A stretch of 64,000 bases of DNA from an uncultured Bacteroidales bacterium (GTDB lineage Bacteria; Bacteroidota; Bacteroidia; Bacteroidales; PUMT01). The notes under the pieces are model-generated. The model saw only the letters and a list, made by a program, of their open reading frames with translations, made no database searches and was not told the origin of the DNA. Within the stretch, counting starts at the first letter, position 1, and every line of letters starts with the position of its first letter. Both the position numbers and the translations under genes were made by a program. Positions 9,769 through 19,691 of the stretch are shown here, in pieces. Where the stretch lies: the NCBI GenBank assembly GCA_964421595.1, contig CAYQXY010000003.1:53053-117052 (forward strand), written 5' to 3'.

Positions 9769-11385
9769 TTATTGCAGGTGTATTGTCTCACCTACCCCAA
9801 TCGGGAGGTTCAGGCCATACCATACGAAAAGCAATAAAACCCACATGACAAACAGTATTACTGCGTAGGGAACAAGCAATGAGACTATAGTGCCAATTCC
9901 GATCTTGTTGTTGTATTTATGTACCCAGCCCAGAAGCAAGGGGAAATATACATATAGTGGTGTTACACAATTCGTTATTGAATCGCCAACCCGGTACATG
10001 AGCTGAACGAATGCGGGACTATAACCCAGTTGAGCAAGCATGGGGATGAATATAGGCGCAAAAATAGCCCATTTGGCCGAACCACTGCCCAGAAAGATGT
10101 TCAGGATAGCTACGAGCACCATATAGAGGGTGAACATAACCGGGCCTGTTAAACCGGTCGATTTCAGGAATTCTGCCCCTTTTATGGCAAGGATGGTGTC
10201 AAGCTGTGACCAGTTGAAGAGGTTAATAAACTGGGCGACCACGAGCATCAGGACAATATAGCCTGACAACTCCTTCATGCCGTGCTCCATCTGTTTTAGC
10301 ACGTCGTTTGGAACCTTTATTATACCGATGGTTTTTCCGTAGAAATAGCCGGGTATTGCAAAGAAGAAAAACAGTATGGGAATTAATCCGCGCAGAAAAG
10401 GCGAAGGAACGATCCCACCTGTTTCCTGATTACGCAATGGAGCACCTTCCGGGGCAACAAGCAGCACTATCAGTGCAACATAAATAAGAAGTGAGATGCC
10501 GGCTCTTCTCAGCGCCTTCTTTTCAATGGAGGAAAGCGCTACATTACCTGTTACCGTGATATTTTCACCGGAATAATCGAATCGCCGGCACGAGGGTATG
10601 GTATACTTTTTTGCAACAAAGGCACCGCCAATACCAAGCAGGATAGTCGAGGCAATCATGAAGTACCAGTTAGCGGTGGCACTAACTTCCATACCACCTT
10701 CCATTTGCCCGGTTATTTCCGAACTTATGCCTGCCAGCAGCACGTCTGTTCCGGCAATAAAGAAATTTGCAGTGAAACCTGCCGTTGCACCGGCATATCC
10801 CGCAATTAATCCGGCGATTGGATTAAGTCCCATCTGGGCAAATATCAGTGCAGCTATCGGTGGGACAATTACTATCCCGGCATCGGAACCTATGTTACCG
10901 CATGCTCCTATTATAAAAATTACCGGAAGAACTATTTGTTTCGGAACGGAAAAGGCCACTGTTCGAAGTACAATGGTCAGCAGCCCGCTTCTCTCAGCAA
11001 TGGAAACTCCCATAAGCATTACAAGCACGAGGCCAAATGGTGCAAATTGTGCAAAATTGCTGACCATCTCCTCTATGAACCTTCTTAATCCTTCGCCGGA
11101 AACGAGGTTCTGTGCCTGAACCAGCCGGCCGCTGCCGGGATCAACAGCACTGACACCAAGCATGGAGGTTATCCCGCTTAGAATTACAATGAAAATGCAT
11201 ATCCAGAGAAATATCCAGAAGGGATGGGGCAACTTATTGCCCATATCTTCTATCCAGGCCAGGATGCCTTTTGATCCGGTTGTGGAGGTACCGGTTGTAT
11301 TTTCTTCAATCAACGGCTTATCATGGCCAGATTTTTCAGGCTTATTCAAAGCCTTTTCATTTTTGTCCTTTTCCTTTCCTTCCAT
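9769..11385 (-). CDS. AbgT family transporter (p-aminobenzoyl-glutamate transporter family)
   Basis: This 538-aa polytopic membrane protein has the N-terminal motif MGNKLPHPFWIFLW, typical of AbgT/MtrF. A ~45-aa hydrophilic N-terminal extension means the true start could be further downstream. Confidence 0.8.
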   Translation of the reverse strand: MEGKEKDKNEKALNKPEKSGHDKPLIEENTTGTSTTGSKGILAWIEDMGNKLPHPFWIFLWICIFIVILSGITSMLGVSAVDPGSGRLVQAQNLVSGEGLRRFIEEMVSNFAQFAPFGLVLVMLMGVSIAERSGLLTIVLRTVAFSVPKQIVLPVIFIIGACGNIGSDAGIVIVPPIAALIFAQMGLNPIAGLIAGYAGATAGFTANFFIAGTDVLLAGISSEITGQMEGGMEVSATANWYFMIASTILLGIGGAFVAKKYTIPSCRRFDYSGENITVTGNVALSSIEKKALRRAGISLLIYVALIVLLVAPEGAPLRNQETGGIVPSPFLRGLIPILFFFFAIPGYFYGKTIGIIKVPNDVLKQMEHGMKELSGYIVLMLVVAQFINLFNWSQLDTILAIKGAEFLKSTGLTGPVMFTLYMVLVAILNIFLGSGSAKWAIFAPIFIPMLAQLGYSPAFVQLMYRVGDSITNCVTPLYVYFPLLLGWVHKYNNKIGIGTIVSLLVPYAVILFVMWVLLLFVWYGLNLPIGVGETIHLQ

Positions 11386-11518
11386 AACCCGGGTTTATGA
11401 AATTAAATCACAAAAGCACCGAAGGTAAAAAAAAAAATAATATCCATGATCAGGCAGGATTAATCATTTGCCTTATGCTGTAAAATTAACTTCTGCGGGA
11501 CCCCTTAATCAGCCCGGG

Positions 11519-12094
11519 TCAGGGTTTGGTGAACCTGGAAATGTAACGTTCAAAAAAACCGGATATGGATTTTAATATCTCTTCCTTTTCCGGCACATAC
11601 TCTACTTGCTCTTCCTCTTTAAATATTTTGAAACCCCGGTCAATATAATTCTTAAGAGCTGATCCCGAATCATTGGAACAGGTATGTAGCCATACCCTTC
11701 GTGCATTCATGCCAAATGCACTGTCTACAGCGTGAGAAAGAAACATTCCTCCAAGTCCGCTACCGAGAAAACCAGGAAAAAGTCCGAAGAACTTAATTTC
11801 CACATTTTGATCTTCATCTTCTTCAATCTCATAATATCCTATGATCTTGTTACCCTTAAAACCAAGAAATGTTTTAACTTTTCCGGAAGAGAAGTAAGCG
11901 TCCCATTGTTCCATGGTCCAGTCAAGCCTGCTGTACCATTTCCATGGAAGACCTACTCCGGCGAACAAGGTAAAATTGATGTATATGTCATTTTCAACTT
12001 CCCTTACTTCAATTCGCTTTCTGAAACCATCCTTTGGTATGAATTGATTTTTCCCCGTAAGTTCAAGATAAACTGTATTTACTTTTATCTCCAT
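11519..12094 (-). CDS. GNAT family N-acetyltransferase
   Basis: The acetyl-CoA binding-like segment is GFLGSGLGGMFLSHAVDSAF, and the C-terminal part is ALKNYIDRGFKIF. Length is 191 aa. Confidence 0.7.
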   Translation of the reverse strand: MEIKVNTVYLELTGKNQFIPKDGFRKRIEVREVENDIYINFTLFAGVGLPWKWYSRLDWTMEQWDAYFSSGKVKTFLGFKGNKIIGYYEIEEDEDQNVEIKFFGLFPGFLGSGLGGMFLSHAVDSAFGMNARRVWLHTCSNDSGSALKNYIDRGFKIFKEEEQVEYVPEKEEILKSISGFFERYISRFTKP

Positions 12095-12251
12095 AAATTA
12101 AAAGAAGTTACGTTTTAAACACTGCTTTTAATGGCAATAAATATATATTTTTTTGCCCATTTCACGGTATTTGTGCAACCTAAACCTTGAATTAAGCGTA
12201 TTAACGCATAGTCGGTGATACATTTTTTACCAATCAACTTTCAAACAACAA

Positions 12252-12467
12252 ATGATCGAAACTACACAGCTATCTCTCCAGGAAATTATTCAGGATTTTA
12301 ACCAGGAAATTGATCGCAATCCAAAATTAGCTGACGCATATTGTTCAAGAGGCATGCTAAAACTATGTGTAAATGATATTGCGGGTGCATTCATGGACCT
12401 GACCACAGCAATTGACCTTGGTTGTAAAGATGCATTTATACTTGTGAAATACTTTTCCTACCTGTAA
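12252..12467 (+). CDS. hypothetical small protein with one TPR-like motif
   Basis: A 71-aa ORF. ADAYCSRGMLKLCVNDIAGAFMDLTTAIDLG resembles a single TPR. There is no other support. Confidence 0.3.
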   Translation: MIETTQLSLQEIIQDFNQEIDRNPKLADAYCSRGMLKLCVNDIAGAFMDLTTAIDLGCKDAFILVKYFSYL

Positions 12468-12475
12468 ACTCCGCT

Positions 12476-13918
12476 TTAATTTTCTGCCCTCACAATTCGG
12501 CTTCTGATGCTGGCCGTAAAATCTATATGATGGAGTTTTGAAATATGCTCAATCAGTACCTGTGCAGTAATAATGCCCATGGAGGTTCCCTGATCTTCAC
12601 GATCAAAATCAAATGCGCTGGCAATGTAACTTGGCATTCCGACAAGAAACTTCCTGTTATTTGTGAGTTCTGCATTAGCAGAGTCAAAGACCTTTATTCC
12701 CTGCAGGTTGTCATCAGAGGTGAGGTGAACCTCAATAAATCCTCCGGATATCTGGACTGAAGGCAATTTTCTTGAACTCAGGCTGTTCCCTATAAGGCTC
12801 TTTATCTCATTATATGTCAAATTCATCACAACCAACTCATTGCCAAAAGGGTCCATCTCAAAAATATCTTTAACACTAATTTCACCTTCCATACTGTCGA
12901 CCCTGATACCTCCGTAATTCTGGAAGGCCAGATCAAGTTCACCGTATTCGCGATAGGCATCTGTAATAAAACCTCCAAGTGCCTGTTTGTCTTCAAGGGG
13001 ATTTAACAGCCTGCCAATTACGCGATTCAGCGCGGGATTATCCTTATAACTGTCTACAAGTTCAGTAATTTGCAGATCCTTCCCGTTTACAGATTCCAAA
13101 CTTATCATTTCGGCTTTTCGCTCAGCTAAATCACCTCCCCTGAATACAAGAGTTATCTTTCCGGCATACATCAGATTTGCTCCTGCATGACTCACCAGAA
13201 CATCATTATATTCGACTGGTTCAAGGGTAAGTGTATGGCTGTGACCCCCGATAATAATATCAAGCCACGGATTCTGCCATGCCATCAGGGTATCAGAAAC
13301 AAATCCGTGATGGGTCAGCCCGATTACCACATCAGCCCGGTCGGCAAGAAATTTATATCTGGAGACTGTTTCGAGTGGTTGAAAAAATTCGATCCCTTTG
13401 ACTTTATCAGGATGAGTGGAAGGAATTCCCTGCCTGTTTAACTGAACAAGCCCAAGAAAAGCTATTTTATTGCGGCCGGCATTTATAATTTGATAAGGTT
13501 CAGGCTGTGCCATACCGGAACTTTTCGTGTCCAGGTTTGCAAGGATAAACGGAAAATCTGCCTGACGCATCCTGTCTTCGAGTATATCAATGCCATAATC
13601 AAATTCATGGTTACCTATTGTATGTAAATCATATCCGATACGGTTCATCAAATCGATTACAGGAAACCCCGGAGGTTCATAATTGTCTACTAATGGATTT
13701 CCGGAGAAAATATCACCAGCACTGACAAGAATAACATGATCGGTGGTTTCGCGTTCCTGATTTACAAGGTACGAAAGTGCGGGAAAATTATCTATCTGAG
13801 CATGCGAATCATTGGTATGAAAAATCACTATATGTGTCTCCTGCTCAGCACAACCTGATAAAAATAATGCTATTGCAAATATAAACGGAACAACCAGTCG
13901 CCTGTAAATTTTGAACAT
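12476..13918 (-). CDS. bifunctional metallophosphatase / 5'-nucleotidase lipoprotein (UshA-like)
   Basis: A lipobox (FLSGC) is present. Calcineurin-like motifs are present (HTNDSH, GDIFSGN, GNHEFDYG, GGHSH). A C-terminal 5'-nucleotidase-like domain follows. Confidence 0.85.
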   Translation of the reverse strand: MFKIYRRLVVPFIFAIALFLSGCAEQETHIVIFHTNDSHAQIDNFPALSYLVNQERETTDHVILVSAGDIFSGNPLVDNYEPPGFPVIDLMNRIGYDLHTIGNHEFDYGIDILEDRMRQADFPFILANLDTKSSGMAQPEPYQIINAGRNKIAFLGLVQLNRQGIPSTHPDKVKGIEFFQPLETVSRYKFLADRADVVIGLTHHGFVSDTLMAWQNPWLDIIIGGHSHTLTLEPVEYNDVLVSHAGANLMYAGKITLVFRGGDLAERKAEMISLESVNGKDLQITELVDSYKDNPALNRVIGRLLNPLEDKQALGGFITDAYREYGELDLAFQNYGGIRVDSMEGEISVKDIFEMDPFGNELVVMNLTYNEIKSLIGNSLSSRKLPSVQISGGFIEVHLTSDDNLQGIKVFDSANAELTNNRKFLVGMPSYIASAFDFDREDQGTSMGIITAQVLIEHISKLHHIDFTASIRSRIVRAEN

Positions 13919-13950
13919 AGTTAATTTAATTTGATATCATAAAATTTTAT

Positions 13951-14148
13951 TCACAATTCAGTAAAAAAAATACGATCGCATTCGCTCAGACTACCATCGT
14001 GAAAAATAATATTTCCCTGGTAATCGAATATCCGTATTAATCGGTGATCAAATACTCTAAACCGTTCAGAACAGTATTTGTTCAGAGCATCACAGATCCT
14101 GGCTCCTTCAAAAATATCAACAGGTTCATTATTTACGTAAACTCTCAT
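13951..14148 (-). CDS. hypothetical protein (65 aa)
   Basis: This rests on the ORF only. It lies directly upstream of the 5'-nucleotidase gene on the same strand. No recognisable motif. Confidence 0.3.
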   Translation of the reverse strand: MRVYVNNEPVDIFEGARICDALNKYCSERFRVFDHRLIRIFDYQGNIIFHDGSLSECDRIFFTEL

Positions 14149-14297
14149 CCAGGCCGGTAATTACCGGCAAATATATAGTAAAAATAATCACAAATGCCAG
14201 GGGGAAATTGTAAATCAATGACCTGTTGTAAGGGTTGTATATACGTAAAGTTTACCAGGTATGGGGTCAGTTAACATATACCTCCGGAATTCAAAAT

Positions 14298-14368
14298 AAA
14301 AAATTCACCAGAATCGGACTATCCACCACCTTATTCACACATGCCTTTCGGGCTAAACCCTGACATGA
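14298..14368 (+). repeat. short internally deleted copy of intergenic repeat family (see 39166..39322)
   Basis: AAAAAATTCACCAGAATCGGACTATCCACCACCTTA matches AAAAAATTCGCTAAAATCGGACCATCCACCACCTTA at 39166. CACACATGCCTTTCGGGCTAAACCCTGACATGAC matches CACACAGGGCCTTTCGGGCATAGCCCCGCCAGGACATGAC at 39251. Confidence 0.6.
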
Positions 14369-14478
14369 CAGTCCCACTACAGATAATAAAATATATCCGG
14401 AAACAACTGTAACTTCAGTCTTCATGACCAATAAAATTGCTAACTGGTGGTTCCGGCATTTCGTACAATTGGTACTAA

Positions 14479-16326
14479 TCAGTTTACAGCCAGTGTAGGT
14501 TGAACTTTACCTGACTTTTTAGAACTGGAAACTTTTGAACCACCTCTTAAGGGAAGTGAAAAATAAAAAGCAGATCCTTTTCCAGGTTCGCTGTCAACCC
14601 AAATTTTCCCACCATGAACACTAACAAATTCCTTGCAAAGCATTAGTCCCAGACCTGTCCCCGCTTCATTCGCTGTTCCTCGTGTTGAGATAATATCTGA
14701 CATCCCGAATAGCTGGATTCTGTTTTCAGGTTCAATACCTATTCCGTTATCGGAAACACACACAACTACCCTTCTGTCAGATTTTTCTGCGTTAACCTTA
14801 ATTTTACCATCGTTCCCTGTAAACTTGATCGCATTCGACAGAAGATTTCGCAAGATAGATTTAAGCATATCACGGTCGGCAAAAATCTCTACCTTATTAT
14901 CAATTAAACAGCTAACTGTGATATTCTTTTCTCTGGCGCTATGAATCTGGTATTTATAGACATGCTGGCAAATTTCTTTTAAATTATACATTTTAGGTTC
15001 GAAGGGTAACTGGCCTGATTGCGCCTTAGTCCATTGAAGCAAATCTTCAAGAAGATGATATGTGTTTTTAGTTACTGCATTAATATAGTGCACATAAACT
15101 TCAATTTTATCCTTCTCCAGAGTTTTCATGTCTTTTACAAGAATTTCAAGAAATCCGAGAATACTGTTAAACGGGTTTCTGAGATCATGCCCCAGAATTG
15201 AAATGAACCGGTCCTTATCAGCATTATGTTTTTCCAGCTCGGTGTTTAGCATATCTATCTGCCTGGCATGTCGATTGGTATTTATCAGGGCAGAGGACAA
15301 TAAAAACAATAATAAACTGATTGACAGCCCGGATATTAATACAATCATCAGATCACCATGCAGCAGTGACATTTCACTGCTTCTTTTGGTAAATACCATT
15401 GTCCATTCCTTGCCATTAAGATTTACCAGTTTAGTTACCGATAGATTGGGATTGTAAGTTTCAGGCCACTCTTCATTGCCCTGGCTGTCATATATCACCG
15501 ACTCTTCTGATTGATCGTTGGTGTCGAAAATTCTAAGACGGATCCTGTTTTTACCGGGCAAGTCCCAGTTACCGAGTATTCCCTCTGTCAGGTCATTAAT
15601 TCTGTAGGGGCTGTAAACCCAGCCGCTTATGGCAGTCCTCCTTTCATCAACGGTATTTACAGGCATTCCTTTCCGGTAAACCGGAATATACATCAGGGCT
15701 CCTGCCTGAACATGATCTTCATTTGCCTCCTGCATCAGGATAACCTTTCCTGAGAGAACTGCATGATTTGAATCCCTGGCTTCCTCCATTGCCTGGCGGC
15801 GTACCGGCTCAGAGAACATGTCATACCCAAATGCAAGCAGGTTTCTGTCGGTAAATGGTTCCAGGTAAATTATTGAGGTATATATTTCCCTGTCATCAGC
15901 CGGGAATACATTATAATCAGGAAAGCCGTTTTCCCGCAGTGTCTGTATATGGTTTTCAAGCTGATCATTTGGAATAATATGTGCGTAGCCAAACCCCTGC
16001 ATCCCGGGGAAGTATTTCCATACTCTCTTATTCTCATAAAACTCCTGCCAGATTTCCCTGGTAACCGTATCAGAAACTGCAAAAAGGGCAGAACCACTGC
16101 GAAGTAAATGAGCGTGAGCCCTGAGGCGTGCATCCATCTTTGTCTGCAGATGGCTGGATGCGAATTCAAAATCCTGAATTACAGTTTTTTGAATATACGA
16201 TCTTGTGTAATAAACAGATATGGCCGTAAGACTCAAAGCTATGAACAAAACACCCAGAGTTTTCCATGAATAATCCAGGTTCAAACCAGTGCCTTTAAAA
16301 AGATTTTCTGAATCATTTTCCTTCAT
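14479..16326 (-). CDS. CHASE-domain sensor histidine kinase
   Basis: An N-terminal TM is followed by a periplasmic CHASE-like region (YAHIIPNDQL, IIYLEPFTDRNLLAFGYDMFSEPVRRQAMEEARD) and a second TM. H-box is GHDLRNPFNSI. The ATPase G-boxes are DNGIGI and GTGLGL. Confidence 0.85.
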   Translation of the reverse strand: MKENDSENLFKGTGLNLDYSWKTLGVLFIALSLTAISVYYTRSYIQKTVIQDFEFASSHLQTKMDARLRAHAHLLRSGSALFAVSDTVTREIWQEFYENKRVWKYFPGMQGFGYAHIIPNDQLENHIQTLRENGFPDYNVFPADDREIYTSIIYLEPFTDRNLLAFGYDMFSEPVRRQAMEEARDSNHAVLSGKVILMQEANEDHVQAGALMYIPVYRKGMPVNTVDERRTAISGWVYSPYRINDLTEGILGNWDLPGKNRIRLRIFDTNDQSEESVIYDSQGNEEWPETYNPNLSVTKLVNLNGKEWTMVFTKRSSEMSLLHGDLMIVLISGLSISLLLFLLSSALINTNRHARQIDMLNTELEKHNADKDRFISILGHDLRNPFNSILGFLEILVKDMKTLEKDKIEVYVHYINAVTKNTYHLLEDLLQWTKAQSGQLPFEPKMYNLKEICQHVYKYQIHSAREKNITVSCLIDNKVEIFADRDMLKSILRNLLSNAIKFTGNDGKIKVNAEKSDRRVVVCVSDNGIGIEPENRIQLFGMSDIISTRGTANEAGTGLGLMLCKEFVSVHGGKIWVDSEPGKGSAFYFSLPLRGGSKVSSSKKSGKVQPTLAVN

Positions 16327-16833
16327 CAGAATCGATTGTAATTGTTAATTTGGTTCACTATCCACATCACTTTGTTGGCAGGGATGAACCGCCATTGATT
16401 TATTCGTATACTATTATTTACGCGATCTTGTAGAGTTAACCGGCATGTTTATTTACACTGTACAATAAACCGAATTGTAAATAGTATCGGCAATTTTCGA
16501 CTATTGCCAGAGGAACAATAAAAAATCTCTTTATGTGAATACTGACAAATATTTTTCATATATAACTATGCCCAGGTGTACGAGTTAAAAATAAGCCATT
16601 TATAAACAAGGAAATATATAACATTATTGTTGTATACCATATCCGAAATACGATTTTTTAAAATTTAACACAAACAGTTAAATTACCTAATATACTGATA
16701 AGTTACATATAATTTTCTATAAGGAGTACGAAATTACCGGTAATAATATTGTGGAAGTCCTATACCAGGGGCACTAACATTTTCAAGATGATTTTCATAC
16801 ATGTCGACAATGGAGATATCAAGGGTTAGTCTA

Positions 16834-18318
16834 TCAGGTGTTTATAGAATTACCGGATTTGTCGAGCTTAAGGCGTTCGAATACCTGATTTATACTTGAT
16901 TGGTCATCTGCAATTATTATCAATATATCATTTGCTTCAATTACAGTTGACCCATTTGGCGTAATAAACTTTCCCTCCCTGTTGATTACAGCTATCGAAG
17001 AAGTCTTTGGAAAATGCAGCTCAATAATCTCTTTACCTACCGCATAACAATCAGGTGGTATCTCAATTTCATCCATTACAGTTTTAGCACGATCGGACAA
17101 GAACAATTCAACTGAAGATCTTGGTTTAACTCTTTCCGGCAGGGCTACATGCAGCCATTTTGCAATAATTGATAAAGTTGTACCCTGTATTAATACAGAA
17201 GTTACCGATACAAAAAACACAATATTAAAAATCATATTTGCCTTTTCAATTCCAGCTATAAGGGGATATGTAGCAAATACAATCGGAACAGCACCTCTCA
17301 GACCAATCCATGATATATAAATTCGCCTTCTGAATCTCATCCTGAAAGGGATTAAACTCACCAGCACACTGAGAGGACGGGCAATAAAGATTAAAAACAA
17401 TGAAATAAGGACTCCGATCCCAAGAACAGGCACTACCTGTGAAGGGAATACCAGTAATCCAAGAGTAAGGAACAAGACTATCTGCATGAGCCATGCAAGA
17501 CCATCAAAAACTTTTAACACAGACTTCTTATGAATAAAATCCTGATTACCGAGATAGACAGCACAAATATAAATTGCCAGAAATCCGTTCCCTCCTACAA
17601 AATCGGTGGCCGAAAAGGTTAAAAACATCAATGCAATTACAAGCACAGGATAAAGCCCTTCAAAATCCAACTTTATCTTATTGATTATAAAAGTGCTGAT
17701 TTTGCCAAAAAGATAACCAGCCAAAGCACCGATAATCATTTGCTGGAGAAGTAACGGTATAACAGTAATAAAGCTCTTTTCCTGATTTACAACCAACCCT
17801 AAAAATGCAATGGTCAGAACATAAGCCATCGGATCATTACTTCCGCTTTCCAACTCCAGGGTCGGTCGTAGCTTACTTTTAAGTGCAAGACGATTTGATC
17901 GTAGTATCGAAAATACAGCTGCAGCATCGGTGGAAGAAACAATTGCACCTAAAAGCAATCCCTCATAAATTGTGAAATCGGTTATTTGCCATACGAAAAT
18001 CCCCAATGCAACTGCTGTAAGCAATACGCCGAGGGAAGATAAGGAAACCCCCTGCCAGAGAACAGGCCTGATTGACTGCCAGTCAGTATCAAGGCCACCT
18101 GAAAACAGAATAAAATTCAGCGATACTATGCCAATAAACTGTGCAATTTTGGGGTCATCGAAAATTATACCCAGTCCGTCAGCCCCTGCAATCATTCCGA
18201 TTGCCAAAAACAATATCAGCGTAGGAACACCAAATTTATAGGAAGTTTTGCCAGCTATAATACTTACCAATAGCAGCAAAGATCCGATTAACAGTATATT
18301 TTCAATGTTTAAGCTCAT
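16834..18318 (-). CDS. K+/H+ (cation/proton) antiporter, CPA1 NhaP2-type with C-terminal TrkA-C domain
   Basis: A 494-aa protein with about 12 TM segments. It has the motif SSTDAAAVFSIL and a soluble C-terminal RCK_C-like domain. Confidence 0.8.
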   Translation of the reverse strand: MSLNIENILLIGSLLLLVSIIAGKTSYKFGVPTLILFLAIGMIAGADGLGIIFDDPKIAQFIGIVSLNFILFSGGLDTDWQSIRPVLWQGVSLSSLGVLLTAVALGIFVWQITDFTIYEGLLLGAIVSSTDAAAVFSILRSNRLALKSKLRPTLELESGSNDPMAYVLTIAFLGLVVNQEKSFITVIPLLLQQMIIGALAGYLFGKISTFIINKIKLDFEGLYPVLVIALMFLTFSATDFVGGNGFLAIYICAVYLGNQDFIHKKSVLKVFDGLAWLMQIVLFLTLGLLVFPSQVVPVLGIGVLISLFLIFIARPLSVLVSLIPFRMRFRRRIYISWIGLRGAVPIVFATYPLIAGIEKANMIFNIVFFVSVTSVLIQGTTLSIIAKWLHVALPERVKPRSSVELFLSDRAKTVMDEIEIPPDCYAVGKEIIELHFPKTSSIAVINREGKFITPNGSTVIEANDILIIIADDQSSINQVFERLKLDKSGNSINT

Positions 18319-18593
18319 TCACGATATAACTTATTAAGATCCCGGCAAATAAATGAAGATTAAATGTCTTCGTAAAATTAATAAAACTGAAACATGAAAT
18401 TGCTGCAATTTTAAATTAAGACCTTTTTCTCCCACAAAACGGGACACCCAAAAAGAAATGAATGAAGCATGGGCGATCTATCACGTGTAATACTTAATAT
18501 GAATTAATTATAAAACATTATTTACAGCGGTGTCACATTTTGATGCTATCGCTTCAAATGAATCTTGCTCAGCTATTAACGACTTCCCTAACG

Positions 18594-18773
18594 TCATTTC
18601 CTAGTCGGACTTACCATACTTCTGCATTGCACTCTAATGCTTACATCGCTTTGGCAAATGCCGCACGTTTCAACCTTTACGTCCACTTGATGGTCGCCAA
18701 TAGGGCCAAGGTCGTATTCAAACTCTTTCAACTTACCATGTGGTTCGATGGCAGCATACCCGATAGTTTTCAT
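18594..18773 (-). pseudogene. relic of the N-terminus of a zinc-dependent alcohol dehydrogenase (59 codons then stop)
   Basis: My minus-strand translation is MKTIGYAAIEPHGKLKEFEYDLGPIGDHQVDVKVETCGICQSDVSIRVQCRSMVSPTRK*. This matches the start of MDR/YahK-type ADHs up to the CGICxSD zinc site (His replaced by Gln), then degenerates. Full-length homologues are about 350 aa. Confidence 0.55.
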
Positions 18774-19110
18774 TTTTTTTGAATTTTAGTGTTTACGAAT
18801 TAAATTAATTTTATATCACAACTTAAAATGCTTAAGTAAATGTTGCCAAAACAATTATCCTCAATTTCTATTGTCGAAATAGTGATAATCTTATAAAATG
18901 CCACACAACTTCCCGGTGGAGGGAATACCATTTATTTTTGCTCAACGTTCAGGAACAAAGAAAATCTCTTACTGACAGCGGTTTAATGTCGTTGTTTTGT
19001 AATAGCCTTTAGAACCATCAAACGCCAATTCAAAGTTATGCTGGGTTGTGAAACTGCTGTTGCATATTTCTTGCAAAGAGTAGGACTTTTATTGCTGTAT
19101 GGCAAGATAA

Positions 19111-19187
19111 TTTTTTACCACTTTCGGGCATAAACAAAAAAGACCACTGCAATCTCCTGATTCAATATTGTTTTACAGATGGTCTGT
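19111..19187. repeat. module A: TTTTTTACCAC box plus terminator-like hairpin, related to the sequence downstream of tRNA-Arg
   Basis: Module A reads TTTTTTACCACTTTCGGGCATAAACAAAAAAGACCACTGCAATCT...TTTTACAGATGGTCTGT. The copy at 23862-23930 reads TTTTTTTACCACTTTCGGACATTAAAACGAAAAAGACCACTGCAATCT...TTTACAGCGGTCTGT. Confidence 0.65.
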
Positions 19188-19261
19188 TCCGGCAACCTGA
19201 ATGAATGTTTAGCAGATTATAAATCATGAAAGGAATTAATTGAAATATTTTTCCTAAAAAG

Positions 19262-19318
19262 TTGCACTTATTCTTAAAGTATTCTATATTTGTAGAATCC
19301 ACTAACAATATGTAGAAT
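19262..19318 (+). promoter_or_regulatory. putative blaI promoter (-33 TTG 19262-19264, -7 TATATTTG 19285-19292) overlapping a putative BlaI operator dyad
   Basis: TATATTTG fits the Bacteroidota TAnnTTTG -7 consensus. The imperfect palindrome ATTCTATA-tt-TGTAGAAT (19281-19298) spans it. A second TGTAGAAT (19311-19318) abuts the start codon. Confidence 0.45.
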
Positions 19319-19319
19319 T

Positions 19320-19691
19320 ATGAAGCTTTCAAAAACCGAAGAGAAGTTAATGGAACTTATCTGGAAAAATGAAAAAGTATTTCTTAAAGACCTTATTGAC
19401 AGTTATCCAAACCCTAAACCAGCTCCTTCAACCATTGCAACCTATTTGAAAAGGATGCAGGACAAAGGATTTGTAGGGTATAAACTTTATGGAAACTCAA
19501 GGCAATATTACCCGCTGGTAAATAAGGATGACTACTTTTCAAGTAAGGTTAAAGGGATAATAAAGAATTATTTCAGCGATTCAGCTCTTCAGTTTGCATC
19601 ATTTTTTACAACAACCAGCAGTCTGTCCGAACAGGAATTAGAGGAACTAAAGAAAATTATCGACAAGGAAATCAAAAGAAAGAAACAATGA
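19320..19691 (+). CDS. blaI: BlaI/MecI/CopY family transcriptional repressor
   Basis: A 123-aa winged-helix protein (EEKLMELIWKN, STIATYLKRMQDKGFV). Its stop overlaps the start of the M56 gene (ATGA). Confidence 0.85.
   Translation: MKLSKTEEKLMELIWKNEKVFLKDLIDSYPNPKPAPSTIATYLKRMQDKGFVGYKLYGNSRQYYPLVNKDDYFSSKVKGIIKNYFSDSALQFASFFTTTSSLSEQELEELKKIIDKEIKRKKQ

Noticed and set aside
10598-11428. Plus-strand ORFs 10598..11119 and 11162..11428
   Set aside because: They are antisense to the AbgT transporter gene. Composition is biased and there are no motifs.
18540-18782. Plus-strand 80-aa ORF from the supplied track
   Set aside because: Low-complexity sequence with no motifs. The opposite strand carries a recognisable ADH N-terminal relic, so this is most likely a shadow ORF.
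18800-19110. Possible AraC/HTH-type regulator relic on the minus strand (…LCKKYATAVSQPSITLNWRLMVLKAITKQRH*)
   Set aside because: The resemblance to an HTH C-terminus is too weak to call without a search. Mentioned only as something a BLASTX could test.
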